Source of the DNA: Takakia lepidozioides
Lineage: Eukaryota; Plantae; Bryophyta
Direction: 5' to 3'
Length of the DNA stretch: 64,000 nucleotides
NCBI GenBank assembly: GCA_030704615.1
Contig: CM060732.1
Span: 66,774,001 to 66,838,000 of the forward strand
Below are positions 1 to 12,575 of the stretch, piece after piece. Under the pieces are notes generated by a model, which was given only the letters and a program-made list of their open reading frames with translations, made no database searches and was not told the origin of the DNA. A program made the position numbers and the translations under genes. Position 1 is the first letter of the stretch. Every line of letters begins with the position of its first letter.

Positions 1-2592
1 AGACTCCAATACTTATGTCTGTCTCTTACAAGAGTGCATCAACATGAAAAGCTTAGCAGAGGGAAAGCAGGTGTATACACACATCATCCAAAGTGGATTT
101 AAGCCAAACATTTTTCTATTCAACACACTTGTCAACATGTATGCCAAGTGCGGAAGTGTGGTTGGTGCTCGGCATGTGTTCAACAATATGACTGAACGAG
201 ATGTATTTACCTGGAATACAATGATAGCAGGATATGCCAAGCAAGGGTGTGGTAGGGAGGCTTTTGAGATCTTTAGTCTAATGCAACAGGAAGGGGTGAC
301 GCCCAACATGGTAACGTTCATTTGCATTCTGAATGCGTGTTCTAACCTAGGAGCCCTGGAAAAGGGCAAAGAGGTCCATGCTGGCATCATGAAAGCTGGA
401 ATTTCGCCAGATATGATTCTGGAGACTGCCCTTGCTGACATGTATGCCAAATGTGGGAGCATGGAGGATGCACGTCAAATGTTTGACAATATGACTAAAC
501 GAGATGTGGTCTCATGGAATGCCATGATCACAGGGTATGCTCAGCATGGTTGCGATAGGGAGGCTTTGAAGATCTATGAGCAAATGCAACGGGATGGGAT
601 GACACCCAACAGGGTCACATATATTGGTGTGCTCAATGGATGTGCTGGCCTAGGAGACCTGGAAAAGGGCAGAGAGATCCATGCTGACATCATGAAAGCC
701 GGGATTCCCATAGATATGATCCTGGAGACTACCCTTGCAGACATGTATGCCAAATGTGGGAACATGTCAGATGCACGCCAAGTGTTTGACAAAATGGCTA
801 ACCAAAATGTAGTTGCATGGAATGTGATGATTGCAGGATATGCTCAGAGTGGGTGTGGTGGAAAGGCTTTTGAGATCTATGAGAGAATGCAGCAGGAAGG
901 AGTGACTCGGTGCCTTGGAAAAAGGCAAAGAGGTCCATGCTGACATCATGAAAGCTGGAACTGCATCATATGTAAATTTGGAGAATGCCCTTGTCGACAT
1001 GTATGCCAAATGTGGCAGCATGCAGGATGCACATCAACTGTTCGACCGAATGGCTGAACGAGATGTTGTCTCATGGAATGCTATGATCTCGGGATATGCC
1101 CAGCATGAGTGTGGTAAGCAGGCTTTTGAGATCCACGAGCACATGCTCCGCGAAGGGGTGACGCCTGACAGGGTCACTTTTATTTGTGTTCTCAATGCAT
1201 GTGCCAGCCTAGGCGACCTGGAAAAGGGGCAAAGTGGTTCATGCTGCCATCATTAAAGCTCAAATTGGGTCATACATAATTTGGACAATGCCCTTATTGA
1301 CATGTATGCAAAATGCGGGAGCATGCAGGATGCATGGAAAGTGTTTGATGATATGGCTACACGAAATGTGGTCTCATGGAGTGCGATGATTGCAGGATAC
1401 ACTGAGAATGGGTGTGGTGGGGAGGCTTTCAAGATGTATGAGCAAATGCAACAGGAAGGGGTGATGCCAGACAGTGTCACGTACATCTCTGTTCTTAATG
1501 TGTGTGCCAGTGTCGGAGCACTGGAAAAGGGCAGAGAGGTCCATGATGACATTATCAAAGCTGGCACTATATCATATATTAAATTGGAGAATTGCCTTGT
1601 TGACATGTATGCCAAATGCGGGAACTTGGATGATGCGCGCCAAGTGTTCAGCAATATGGCTCAACGCGATGTGGTATCCTTGAATTCGATGATCGCAGGA
1701 TGTGCTCAGCATGGATGTGGTAGGGAGGCCCTGCAAGTGTTTGAACGAACGCAAGGGGAAGGTGTGAAGCCGAACGGGATCACCTTCATTTCTCTGCTCT
1801 CTGCATGTAGCCATGTGGGCCTAGTGGAGGAGGGTGCCACTACTTTGATTCCATGAGTAAGGATTATGGCCTCACACCTTCTGTAGAGCATTTTGGCTGC
1901 GTAGTGGACCTTCTTGGCCGTCCAGGTCGATTGGATGAGGCAGATGATTTTGTTAACAAAATGTCCATTGAACCGAGCTTCAGTGTGGGGAGCCTTGCTT
2001 GGTGCCTGTAGAATTCATGGGAATATCAAGCTAGCAGAACGAGCTGCGAAAGGTGTTCTTAAGTCGGATCCACAGAACCCTGGAGCTTATGTGCTGCTAT
2101 CAAACATCTATGCTGCGGCTGGCAGGTGGGAGGATAAGGCAAATGTGAGAAAAATGATGGAGGATAGAGGTGTCAGAAAGGAACCAGGGCACAGCTGCAT
2201 TGAGGTTGACAGCCAGGTGCATGTATTTGTTGCAGAAGACAAATCACATCCACAAATTGAGGAAATCCTTGCTGAGCTGAACAGATTGTCTGGGCTGATG
2301 AAGAAGGCAGGGTACATACCTGACACACGTCTTGTATTGCATGACTTAGATGAGGAACACAAGGAACTTTCTCTTTGCTACCACAGTGAGAGGCTGGCCA
2401 TTGCTTTTGGGCTCATCAGTACGGCTTCTGGGATACCTGTACGTGTCATCAAAAATCTTCGGGTGTGTGGTGACTGCCACACAGCAACCAAAGTTATCTC
2501 CAAGATTGTTGGGCGAGAACTTGGTTGTACGGGATGCCAACCGTTTTCACCACTTCCAGAATGGGACTTGTTCTTGCGGGGATTATTGGTGA
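1..2592 (+). pseudogene. PLS-E-DYW PPR RNA-editing factor, frameshifted copy; 5' end lies outside the window
   Basis: PLS repeats (DMYAKCG, VVSWNAMI), E domain and HSERLA...CGDCH...DYW are spread over ORFs 44-943, 915-1256, 1281-1856, 1914-2621 and 2350-2592. Relative to the intact copy at 50067-52917 there is a 47-bp deletion at 909/910 and small indels near 1228, 1835, 1976 and 2523. Some small indels could be assembly errors. Confidence 0.88.
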
Positions 2593-3200
2593 GACAAGCA
2601 TGCATGACACACATTTGCTAACTTCAAGTAAGATTATCTTCTTAGCATCCAAGAATATAGTTGAATGACATAATTGTCATTGGATGTGACAGTCAGCACT
2701 GCATTTCCTGTGAGCTGTATCACAGTCGGAGTATGATACATGGACTCCTTGTTCCAGAGCAGTTTGTGACATGCAGGATCAGTAGGAATGAAGGAAATCC
2801 CGGAGTCATGGGGGCTGAATGTTGTTCCCCAAAATAGTTAACAGGCAAGATCCCCCACAATCAACGAAGACTGTACTTGAGGGTGCAGAAATAAAAGACT
2901 TTAAACATACCATGTCTCAGTACATGGTAACTCGAGCAGCTGCAGAGGCTTTACATATGTGCAGGAGAAACAGCCACCTAATTCATGACACCACAATGTC
3001 CATTTTTCATCATAACAGTTACAATTACTACTAATTACTATTGTTGCTAGATCATCCCCTAGTCAATCAAGCACTCAATGTAGTCTTTCAGTCGTAGACC
3101 AATGCCACCATGACTGTGCGATTGCAGCACACCTTCTGGTATGTGATATCAATCAAGAACTATTCATTCTCACTAGATGCATGTGAATATCCTGTTGACA

Positions 3201-6200
3201 TCAGAATACTGGAAGTCGGATGTCTGATAGCTGCTGCTGAAGGAAGGCAAGAAGCACTTCATTAAATTTGGCAAATTGCTCTTCATGTATGAAATGACCA
3301 CCATCAAGGAGCACAATGTCCTTCAGATTGGGCACGAAAGTCTTGAAGCCTGGACCTTCTATATACTCCTTGACACCTGGAAATTCCAACACCAAGTCCT
3401 CCTTACCGGCGATAAACAAAGTCGTTGTTTGGACAGACGAATTTGTCCATGGAGCCTTCAGCTCCCAATTCCTGCACAATTTGACAACCCCACTAAGTCA
3501 GTTTCCTTCCCTCTCTACTTTCAGGTATGACGTCCAATACCACGGGGCTTTCAACAACTTTCCATTCTCATGCTGGGTTGTCTTTGTTCTGGGTGCGATA
3601 GCTTATTTCAGCTGAGTATCGTACATTTGTGAACTCTGGTAAACACTAAGCAACAGTCAGAAGGAAATAAATGAGCAAGTCTGCTGTTCGTCAGTGGTAC
3701 ATTTGTGTGAACTTTATCACCACTCTGTCAGATTCTTTCTCCCACTACATAAAGCTCAATCACCTAGTAGGACTGTCGTGTCTGCCTTCTCTCACCATCA
3801 ATCTGCAGACTGTGTAATGATGACCTCTCACATGAGCTCTGTCCCATAGCTCTATGAGCTTCCCCCTGGACATTATGAAGTTTCTTCCTTTTTCCCTTGC
3901 TCTCAAAAGAGGGAACACAATCGAATGCTGAATGCAGCCCAAGTTCAGCTTAGACAACCAAAAATGCACCAAACTGGATAGGAAACACAATGAAACACAA
4001 CCCAACTGTCTGAAACCACATGAATGTGCTACTGGGGAAGAATGAAGACATCTCAAAAGACGTAGAGAAATAAGGCCCAACTTCATTGACATGGCAGGAG
4101 CCATTACCTTATCGTCAATTCAAACTCGTGGCCACTGGTTCACGAAACTCCCAACTTTAATCAGACTAGTTTGTAAAAGGTACTCAGATGTGTTACATCC
4201 TTTGAGGATGGGAGGGAGCTCTGATAGAGGAAAAACTCAGGGAGGGAGATTATGCCAGTGCATTTTCAGGGTGAGCAGAATGCGTCAGTGCATCTTACAG
4301 CTCCTCGCAATAACAGGGCAAAAAAATAAAAGAGGGAAGAAGCGCACCTGTCGACATTACGATAGTAATTGAGAGGACCGCTGAAGCCAGACTTTTCATA
4401 GTTCTCAGTAGAGTACTGGAGGTCTTCTTCAGTGAACCACGAGGGGAGGTTCTTGACAACAGGGAACCCACTAGAGAGTTCTTTTCCCTCTGGTACAATC
4501 ATGGTCTCCAGCTTGACACAAACAACTGATTTAAGGACTGTCTTAGTTCCTACACTTGCAAAGTCCCGTTCTGCTCTTCCAGGTTCCTGCAGCAAAATTG
4601 ACACCAAGAAACAGGCCATTAGAAGTGAATAGGTGTCCCTGTTTATAACACGTGTCTGTCCATGTGTGTCTGGACCCTGAGTGTCAATGTAGAATCGCAG
4701 CTAGATGTCACTTTTGTGGAGAGCAGGCTACATTAGTAGCTGACTTTGTACATTCTTGATGATGGTTATGCCAGCCCTTTGATCAACCACCCATGTAGAT
4801 TATTGCAGACTATGTTAAAGCACTGTTGCTATGTCAGGCAGAACCATGAAAACAGGACAGCTACTGGAAGGTTGGCCCAACAAGAACTTTGCCTAGATGG
4901 TGGGGTTCCATATGGAACATGTGAGCAAAGATTAGTTAAGGTCAGCTCTTAAGCAAGCATCTGGATGTGGCTGCAGCAAGTAGATCACTGACTGACCTGG
5001 AACCTGTTCTGATAGAACCCTTCCCCAAATACTGCAACTGCCTGTTTGAGAACGCTGCCACCTGCCAAACGTGGACGAAAGGGAATGCTGACTGCTACAT
5101 ATGCTCTAACCCGATCAGGCCGTAGCAAGCAGAGATCCCATGCAATCCCAGCCCCCCAGTCATGAGCCACCACAAAAACCTGCAGTGGAAAACAGTACCA
5201 AAACCATGAAAGTGCAGAATGTGGTACCTACATAGACAAAAATATTGACCAATGAAGAGTCCTTGTGCCAATAACCCCACAAAATATCCTGATCATGCAA
5301 ACGACAGTAGCTGCATATCTATCCCAGGACATGCTAACAAACACTTATGCTACAATCCCAAACTGCGAGGATGGCAAGACAAGAAGAGGAAAGACAAATG
5401 ACAAGGAGGAGGAGCTAGTGGGCTACGGGGGGAGAAGGAGATGAAGATACATGGTGCGGTAGTACAAACAGATGGATGAACAAGAAGCCAATGACAGAAG
5501 GCAGCTTCAGGTGCATCCATACCAAAACCTTGGTGCAGAATCCATGGATTTGTAATACCTGTTTCTCTCCAAGAGCATCCAGCAAGCCAATGAGATCTCC
5601 TACAACATGGAACGATGTGTATTGATCGATGGCTGTGGGAGCATCTGTCTGGCCATAACCACGCAAGTCAGGCGCTACAACATGGAAGCCAGCTTCTGCC
5701 AAAACAGGAATTTGGTGACGCCATGAGTACCACAGCTCTGGAAACCCGTGAAGAAGTAGCACTGTGGGCCCTGAGACACACAATGTTCACCATACAGTGT
5801 CCGGTTATCAACATTGATGTGAGAACCCCTGCATCACATGGTGAAAACAATTACAGGAGGACCACACAATCAATCAAACTGAGCTTGTGAAAGGTTCAAC
5901 CCAGAACACTCCGAGAAGCACTGGCCACCTATGCAAGCAAGCCACGAGGGACAAGGGGGGAGAGAGAGAGAGGAGAATGAGTCAGAGAAGGAAATTTAAC
6001 AAGTCCTGTTATCTAGAGGTATTGGCAAATCTTATTCTACAACTTCAAAAACATGCTTTTGCAATCAAGTGCCAGGAAATTTAGTTATATGGTCTGCCAC
6101 ACCCGTTCTCCAACAGGTTGTCGTTATTGGCAGCAGAGACTGTCACCCCATACCGTCACATGTTAAGACCAAAGTCTTCAACGAATGTTCCAACTTCCAG

Positions 6201-6455
6201 CCACGGATTTTGACATTGATCTGGATGCCCTATGCTGGAATTAAGCTGGCTTACTCATACTATGGTCTGAAAAAGCAAGAACCCTGCGTTCACGCATGAC
6301 TAGCACCTCCAAATAACAGAAAGAAACAGGAGAGCAAAATGATTGAATGAATTTAAATGAGAAGATCGAAGGACGGACAACATACCGGCGCCTTGCTCAG
6401 CGATATGCACAGTGATGCCATTGGTCTTGATGAAGCGATGCGTGATCTCCGCCAT
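3201..6455 (-). CDS. Soluble epoxide hydrolase (alpha/beta hydrolase), copy 1; exons 6455-6386, 5770-5559, 5179-4997, 4586-4348, 3471-3201
   Basis: MAEITHRFIKTNGITVHIAEQG start, HGFPELWYSWRHQ, nucleophile HDWG, lid tyrosines (FYQNRF, LNYYR), GKEDL Asp and GGHFIH His. GT-AG introns have consistent phases. Confidence 0.95.
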
Positions 6456-7959
6456 ATTCCCAGCTCAATTCTTGCCTGCATTGGAGCAGCCTCCAATGGT
6501 AGCGTTCCAGAATCAATAAAAAGGCAACCCAGGAGTAGAGAGAGATTGACAAGAAGGGTGGGCGAGCTCGGTAGCTCAGACGGAAGCATTCAAGCATTAC
6601 CAATGAGAATTGTGTACCTTCGAAGACAACGTCCCCACAATCTTCGGGATTGATCTAGCCTATCTACATCAACAAGTACATGTGGCGCAAGCACAGGAAG
6701 AAACTGGAAGTGTGGGAATATGGTGCAGACTTGACAGAGGTTGACTTGCTTTGGTAGTGCAGACATCTTCAAGATAAATATCTCGTAGGCAAACTCAACT
6801 CAGCTGTGTGCATAAGTCCGATGAGGATCAACAAAGGCTGGCTACCAAGTAGCTCTCCCAAAGGGGAAAATGACGCAGGACCCAGGTGGTTTCACCTGAA
6901 TTTAAATCCTTCCCTCAAACTGTTTTTAGCTAGTGGTAAGAGAATATCATGGATGGACCCCCGACACTGACAATGCAAACTAGAGCAGCAAACTCAACGC
7001 ACAACCGAGAATCTGATCTGAGACCACCGAAGACAGTGCACTCGTGCCTCACTGCAAGTGCATTACACTAAATTTACAGCTAGTACAGCCTCCTTAAATG
7101 CCGATGCTTGACTTGGCAGCAACTATTACCTGGAGAGTTTTTGCTCGGTCCTCCTTCTGTCTTCCTTGGCAGTTCACTGGGCGTGTCTGCCCTGCCTCTG
7201 CAGAACCAGAGAAATCCTTGAGCTGTCCACAGAGCAATAGAGTGTCTACATTCGCTAGACGTTAATGCTACATAGAAATCCAAGGTTTGGCTCTTTTCTC
7301 TACAAGAGAATCTTCTCTGAGCATCGTGTTGAACTAAACGGAGAAAATGTAGTCGAAGGACTTAGACCGGGTCAAAGGCAGCGATTAGTGTGATCAGTGT
7401 GTTGAAAAATCATGCTCCCTGGTCTTACATTCCTCTTATGTTTTGCCAAAGCAAATATATAAGGGTCCCAAATTCCCAAATTCTGGCCAGGGCTATTCCT
7501 GAAGGTCCAAAAATAGGGAGAAGATTGGAGCAGTCGATGGGGAGGGAGGGCACCTGTGTTGGAGTGGGTGGAATGTTGAAATGTGAGGCCACCTGTAAAG
7601 GCTAGCTTAGAAGTAGGAGGGTGGGCCCTTCTCCAAAATATTCCAAAGAAGTAGCTTAAGGTGAGGATGAGGGTGTGGGCCCTTGCATCGCTCACTGGAG
7701 ACACTAGGCCTGTGCACATGCACCTTTGCTCACTCCCGTTTGCCAGGCGAATTCGCCACTGGCCGGCCCCACGTCAAGGAGCGAAGCAAGGACTGTACCC
7801 GGCACATGCAGCGAACGGTTGGTGGCCCTGTCGCGTTTTTCCTTTTGGAGTTGGTTTTTACAGCTGGGTGCTTGCCATTACATGCCCAGGTGTCAGCCAT
7901 TGCATATTGAGGTGTTTGCCATTACACGCTCAAGCTTGTTAATCAAAACCAAGACTAGA

Positions 7960-8310
7960 AAAATGGACCGAGCTCTCATGCGAAAGGTTTTCCTCGTTTG
8001 GATGCTTCTTTTTGTTACCTTAGGAAATTGTGCAATGTAGGAGATTGTGCAATGTTCAAGTTCGGAGTGAGGCATCACAGATAATGTACCACCAATAGGG
8101 TTTAGTTTCCTTCCAATTTTGTGTGTCATTGCAAAGCATAGAGAGAGAGACGTCCACCTCGCTTGTGGTGGAAAGAACCTAGACAATACACGCATGGGGA
8201 TAATGTAGAAAGAAATGTATGGCATACTACACCTGAAACGAGAGACAATAAATGTTTAATGTTTTACAGAATAAGTTTTGTAGCTTTCAACAACTTTGTG
8301 GTAGAATCGA
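7960..8310 (+). mobile_element. Truncated 5' fragment of the PIF/Harbinger transposase relic
   Basis: Homologous to about 58050-58470, which runs into a Harbinger transposase. Confidence 0.6.
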
Positions 8311-9009
8311 ACTGGTGAATCAAGCACGGTGGGTGCTTCAAGCCTCATGATGAAAAGGTCACTATTGGGATGGGTGCTATCTTTTATAAATTCTGCAAAG
8401 CACAGATAAATGTTGTGAAGCCTTAAAACAAGCCTGAAGCATATACTCCTTTCCTCTCAAGAAACGAGGTTGCACAACAAAGGGGCGAGCGAAAGAGCAA
8501 GCAACGCACGAGAGGAGGATCAAACACACAAATTAGGCACTAAGCAACTCTCATCCAAAACTTGTACACCAATATCACATATACACCAACACCCGAGTAC
8601 ACCGCCCTGACCTTGTGTCAGGGCGCCGTCTTTATACAAAAGCCCTAACCATAGTGGCCCGCCACGTGGCGAGGCATCATAGGCCAAAGCCCACGGTGAT
8701 GCCTTATAGCCCTAGATCTAATGAAGGGCCAAAATCGAGCCACCAGCCTAAACTAACCCTAACCTAAACATCATTGTAACGGATTAACGGCCTTATACGC
8801 CAAAAAAATATACTATGAATGTGTATCGCCGTTTAGGATGAAACGGGCTATTTCCGGGCTTAAGCAAGTATGGGGCTTTACATCTTTGAAGCCTACCCCC
8901 CACGAAAAATCCTGAGCTCCGCGAAGGAAAACAATAATGGGAAAATATCACCCTCCACTGCTGGGTGAAAAACCTACCAAGGGAAAACCTGGCACCTGCA
9001 AGTTGGGCC

Positions 9010-9265
9010 GAGACAGACATACATATCTGAATCTGCTGAAATGCCTCCTTGGTTTAGAATCTTTAGAGCCTCTGTTAGGCTGTCTTCCGCACAAAGTATC
9101 TTCACATGCCCAGAAATGTCAGAAGAGGCATTGTGGACTCCCTCTCTTGATCCTCTTTCAGAAGCTATGGTCATGGTTGAGGTGCATGATTTTATCATCT
9201 GTGCCGCAGCATCTGCTGCCTTTAGTTTACCATCTACCCATGCAGGTTTCTTGTAGCTACTGACC
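9010..9265 (-). pseudogene. Fragment of the N-terminal region of another PPR paralog
   Basis: STMTIASERGSREGVHNASSDISGHVKILCAEDSLTEALKILNQGGISADSDMYVCL aligns with STITTPSERGRRESVNTESSATCGHVRRLSKAGRLKEALIILNQQRVLADSNTYVCL of the 50 kb gene and breaks off after YVCL. Confidence 0.8.
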
Positions 9266-11602
9266 CACATGGAATCAAGGTAATCTGGAGCTTGAAGTCC
9301 AACCCTCGTGGATGAATCTGGACCCACACTCTACCCCTGCTCCTTCAGGCAAAAACAGGGAAAAACTTTGATAACAGGGAAAAATTGGCTAAAATGTGTT
9401 GAAGAAGGTACCTTCATTAGCATCGCCTTGTTCTATCAATTGCACTACTGCCGCTGTTGTTTCCAGTTGACCATCTATCCGCACAATCGCTTGTAGCTAT
9501 TGATCCACAAGGAAGCAGAAGGAAACTTGTGTTTGAAATCCAGCCCTCTTGGATGAATCTGGACCTCTATCCCTGGTCCTCAGCTATCCTTGCCTGTGGA
9601 CAAATCATGAATACATCCTCAGCCTTGCTACTAGCAGCTGACAGTGATGGCACGAAGTTCTTCCAGCAAACACCCTAAACCCTAATGATGAGAGGGCTTG
9701 ATAATCAAATGCTGATCATTCAAAGTGACTAACACCTGTCCGTAACGCAATGTGGTTCATGAAATCTCCTTGGGTAAATTCAGAACAGTACTTGTATCCT
9801 TGGCCCTTCAAAAGTGCCCACAACTGTTGGTAACCTCCCTTCCAACAATATGTGCGCCCAGCCTCATTAAATCTTCTTCATGTGTGGCAGATTCCGCTGC
9901 CAATGATGATGCCCTTGAACATTCACGGCTGTAGTCCCGGCATAACTTCCCATCAACATTGCTGGCTAGACACCTTGAGTGATTGCTACCATTGGCTGAT
10001 CTTGCAGACAGGGAGTAACCATTGGGTTTGCTAACCCTTGCACCCACAGTATGCTGATGACTGCCCAACTTCGGTCTCTTCTGGTACATACTGGTGACAC
10101 TCTCCTCATTCTGAAACCTCTCTAAAAGAGTGACCCCCAGCCTGGCATCCCAAACATTTCTCTTGGCACTCAAACTCACATTCTCTCGGCTGCCAATACT
10201 TCCCTTGTCATGACTCATTGAGTCTCCCTCAACCCCAATAAACTCTATGATATACTTGACCCAATCCTGGCATCCCAAGTTCCTCTTTGTTCACTCAAAT
10301 CCTCACCCCTTGGACTACCACTGACTTCCCTCTCATGATGTATAGGTTCAGTCCTTTCCCAAATTAACCCATCTGAGAAAGCTGATGCTAACCTGCTATC
10401 CCATACTTCTCCCCTAGTTTTGAAACTCTCTTTCCCCAGGTTATCAATTATTTCCTTAACATAACAAACTGATTTTCTCTCTCCCCCCCCAACTTTTCTC
10501 TCAAATTCACAATGCTTATCTCAGGTTCCCTTTCCCACAAACTGGAAAGAAAAACTTTCCAACCCATTGGTACCAGTATAGTAACCAGAAAGTATCCACC
10601 CAAAAGGATCCAGCTCAGTCTGGACCAGAAAGTGTCGTCCCTGCAACACCTGTGATCGGAAGAACTAGAATGCCCAAACACAAATGAAGCATGACTTCCT
10701 CATGCGATCAATGCCATGGCTATATCATACTTGGCTCAGATCCGTGCCTCCTCTGATCAGTTCTTCTCCCGTCATTTGTGTGTTTGTGACAAACCATCAT
10801 CTCCCTCCAATCATGTCCTCATCTTGAGGCTCGGGTGACCAAGTTCAGGCCTCCGTGCTTCATTGTCATGGGAAATCAAGCAGTACCCACAGCTTCAGTC
10901 TTCCCCTTCTTCAGATATTTCAATGTGACAGCTGTATCAAATCTGTCACTGAGACTTGCTTGGGACTTGCTCACCTTCCACTCAGTTCCCCTCGCTATGG
11001 GACAGACCGCCCATATAGGCCAGACCTCACACAAAGAAGTACAGGCAAATCAGGCATAGGTCAGCCCATCACTCTGACCAAAATGCTCGCATACATCATC
11101 TCTGCAAACACATTTAGTTCAGCAAACACCATGGGTCTTCTGTTCCTATCCACTCCACTCCCCCGGAGAAGAACTTGCCTCCTTTCACATTATTGCAGCC
11201 ACATCTGTCGCCGTGGCTTTGGAGTTGAAACATCCCACACTGCAGCTTAGTTAAAAGTGCAATCACTCCAAAACCACACCATAGATCCACCAACGAGCTA
11301 ACTTGCAAAATTCAACATGAAAAATTAGGGACGACTCTGCTAACAGGGAAAACAGGCTGAAATGCGTTGAAGAAGGTACCTTCATTAGCAGTGCTTCTAT
11401 CAATGCGCTGCTGCCGCTGTTGTTTCCAGTTGACCATCTACCCATGGCGAGATTGAGCAGGAAGAGATTGAAACATGGCCTGCTAAGACCAAGCTGACGC
11501 GGAAGGGGCGCAGGAGAGGAGGGAAAAGAGAGCCCGTGGGAGACAGATCGCGGGGAGAAAAGAAAAGAAAAGAAAAGCGAAAAAACAGTCGTAAACCAGT
11601 AC

Positions 11603-11666
11603 ATCGCGATTGGATCCCGCGGTGCGTCGGGACACAATGTACGTCCTTACCACTAGACTACACCTG
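11603..11666 (-). other. Degenerate tRNA-derived sequence (pseudo-tRNA or SINE head)
   Basis: Minus strand reads GGTGTAGTCTAGTGGTAAGGACG (A-box-like) followed by GGATCCAATC (degenerate B-box). No complete cloverleaf. Confidence 0.35.
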
Positions 11667-11814
11667 AAATTTAATTACTCCCTCCTGTAAGATTATATTT
11701 AAGGTTATTCAAACCCCCTCTATATATATAATGTTGTACATGGAGGGGTTTAAAATACCCCCTCCTGTGCACGCACGTGGCTGGTACATATTGGCTGGAG
11801 TGCACCCCCCAGGA

Positions 11815-12125
11815 GTTGTAGAAGGCAAGGAGCATGTAATAGCCTATGCATCTCGTCGTCTAGATTATCATGAAATGAATTATTCCATATATGATAATGA
11901 GGGTCTAGCCCTGGTTTTTGGTGTGAAGCATTTCAGGCAATATTTACATGGCAGCCGGTTTGTGGTAGAGAGTGATCATCTTCCACTAAAGGCTCTTGTT
12001 AAGCCAATGGAACTTCTTGGCAGACTTGCTAGATGGACTATGTACCTGCAGGAATTTGACGTGGATATAGTCTACAAGAAGGGCAAGATAAACACGAATG
12101 CAGATGCACTCACGCGGCGCAGCAT
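11815..12125 (+). mobile_element. Ty3/gypsy RNase H fragment
   Basis: HVIAYASRRL...NYSIYDNEGLALVFGVKHFRQYLHG...SDHLPL...RLARWTMYLQEFD...NADALTR. Confidence 0.9.
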
Positions 12126-12575
12126 GTAGCTGATCGTCCATGACTGCACTGCACATAAGAGGTAGACAATGGGTTTTAGAGAAGGTGGTCTGGAATGCCT
12201 GCACCTATGATCTCCAGCCAGGGATACCTTCACCTCATTTGATACTACTCATGGACAGCCAAATCAAGCCTTGAGGCTTAAGCAAATAGTTACACCGAAG
12301 TGCAGCAGTCAAATCACAACAAACTCGGGGGCCTAGGAAAGAGAAGGACTGAAACACAACAAGGATCTTCCACCAAACTATCCGAATTCTCGCGAAGCGA
12401 TAGATCCACCACACATACTAACACACGAATAAATCAACCAGGCTCATCTAATAGGCTAGACCAGCCCCATGCAGCCAATATGCCATGTGAATCGAGGGAG
12501 TGAAGATTGCCCAAGACAATGTCCATGAGGCATTGGAAAGTAGAGGTGACATTGCATAAACCAAAAGGCATGGTC

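Larger units (their letters stand above)
1..8310 (+). repeat. Segmental duplication, copy 1 (partner 50277-58470)
   Basis: Near-identical sequence at an offset of ~50276. Many ORF-track translations are identical. Homology ends inside the Harbinger relic (gtagaatcga vs gtagaattga). Confidence 0.97.

Noticed and set aside
13-462. Repeated minus-strand ORFs beginning MLPHLAYM
   Set aside because: They are antisense to the PPR repeats.
8411-8770. Possible short solo LTR (TG...CA)
   Set aside because: No TSD, PBS, PPT or second copy in the window.
11651-11670. CACTA terminal inverted repeat (cactagac)
   Set aside because: It is part of the tRNA-like A-box on the other strand, and no matching TAGTG end or 3-bp TSD was found.
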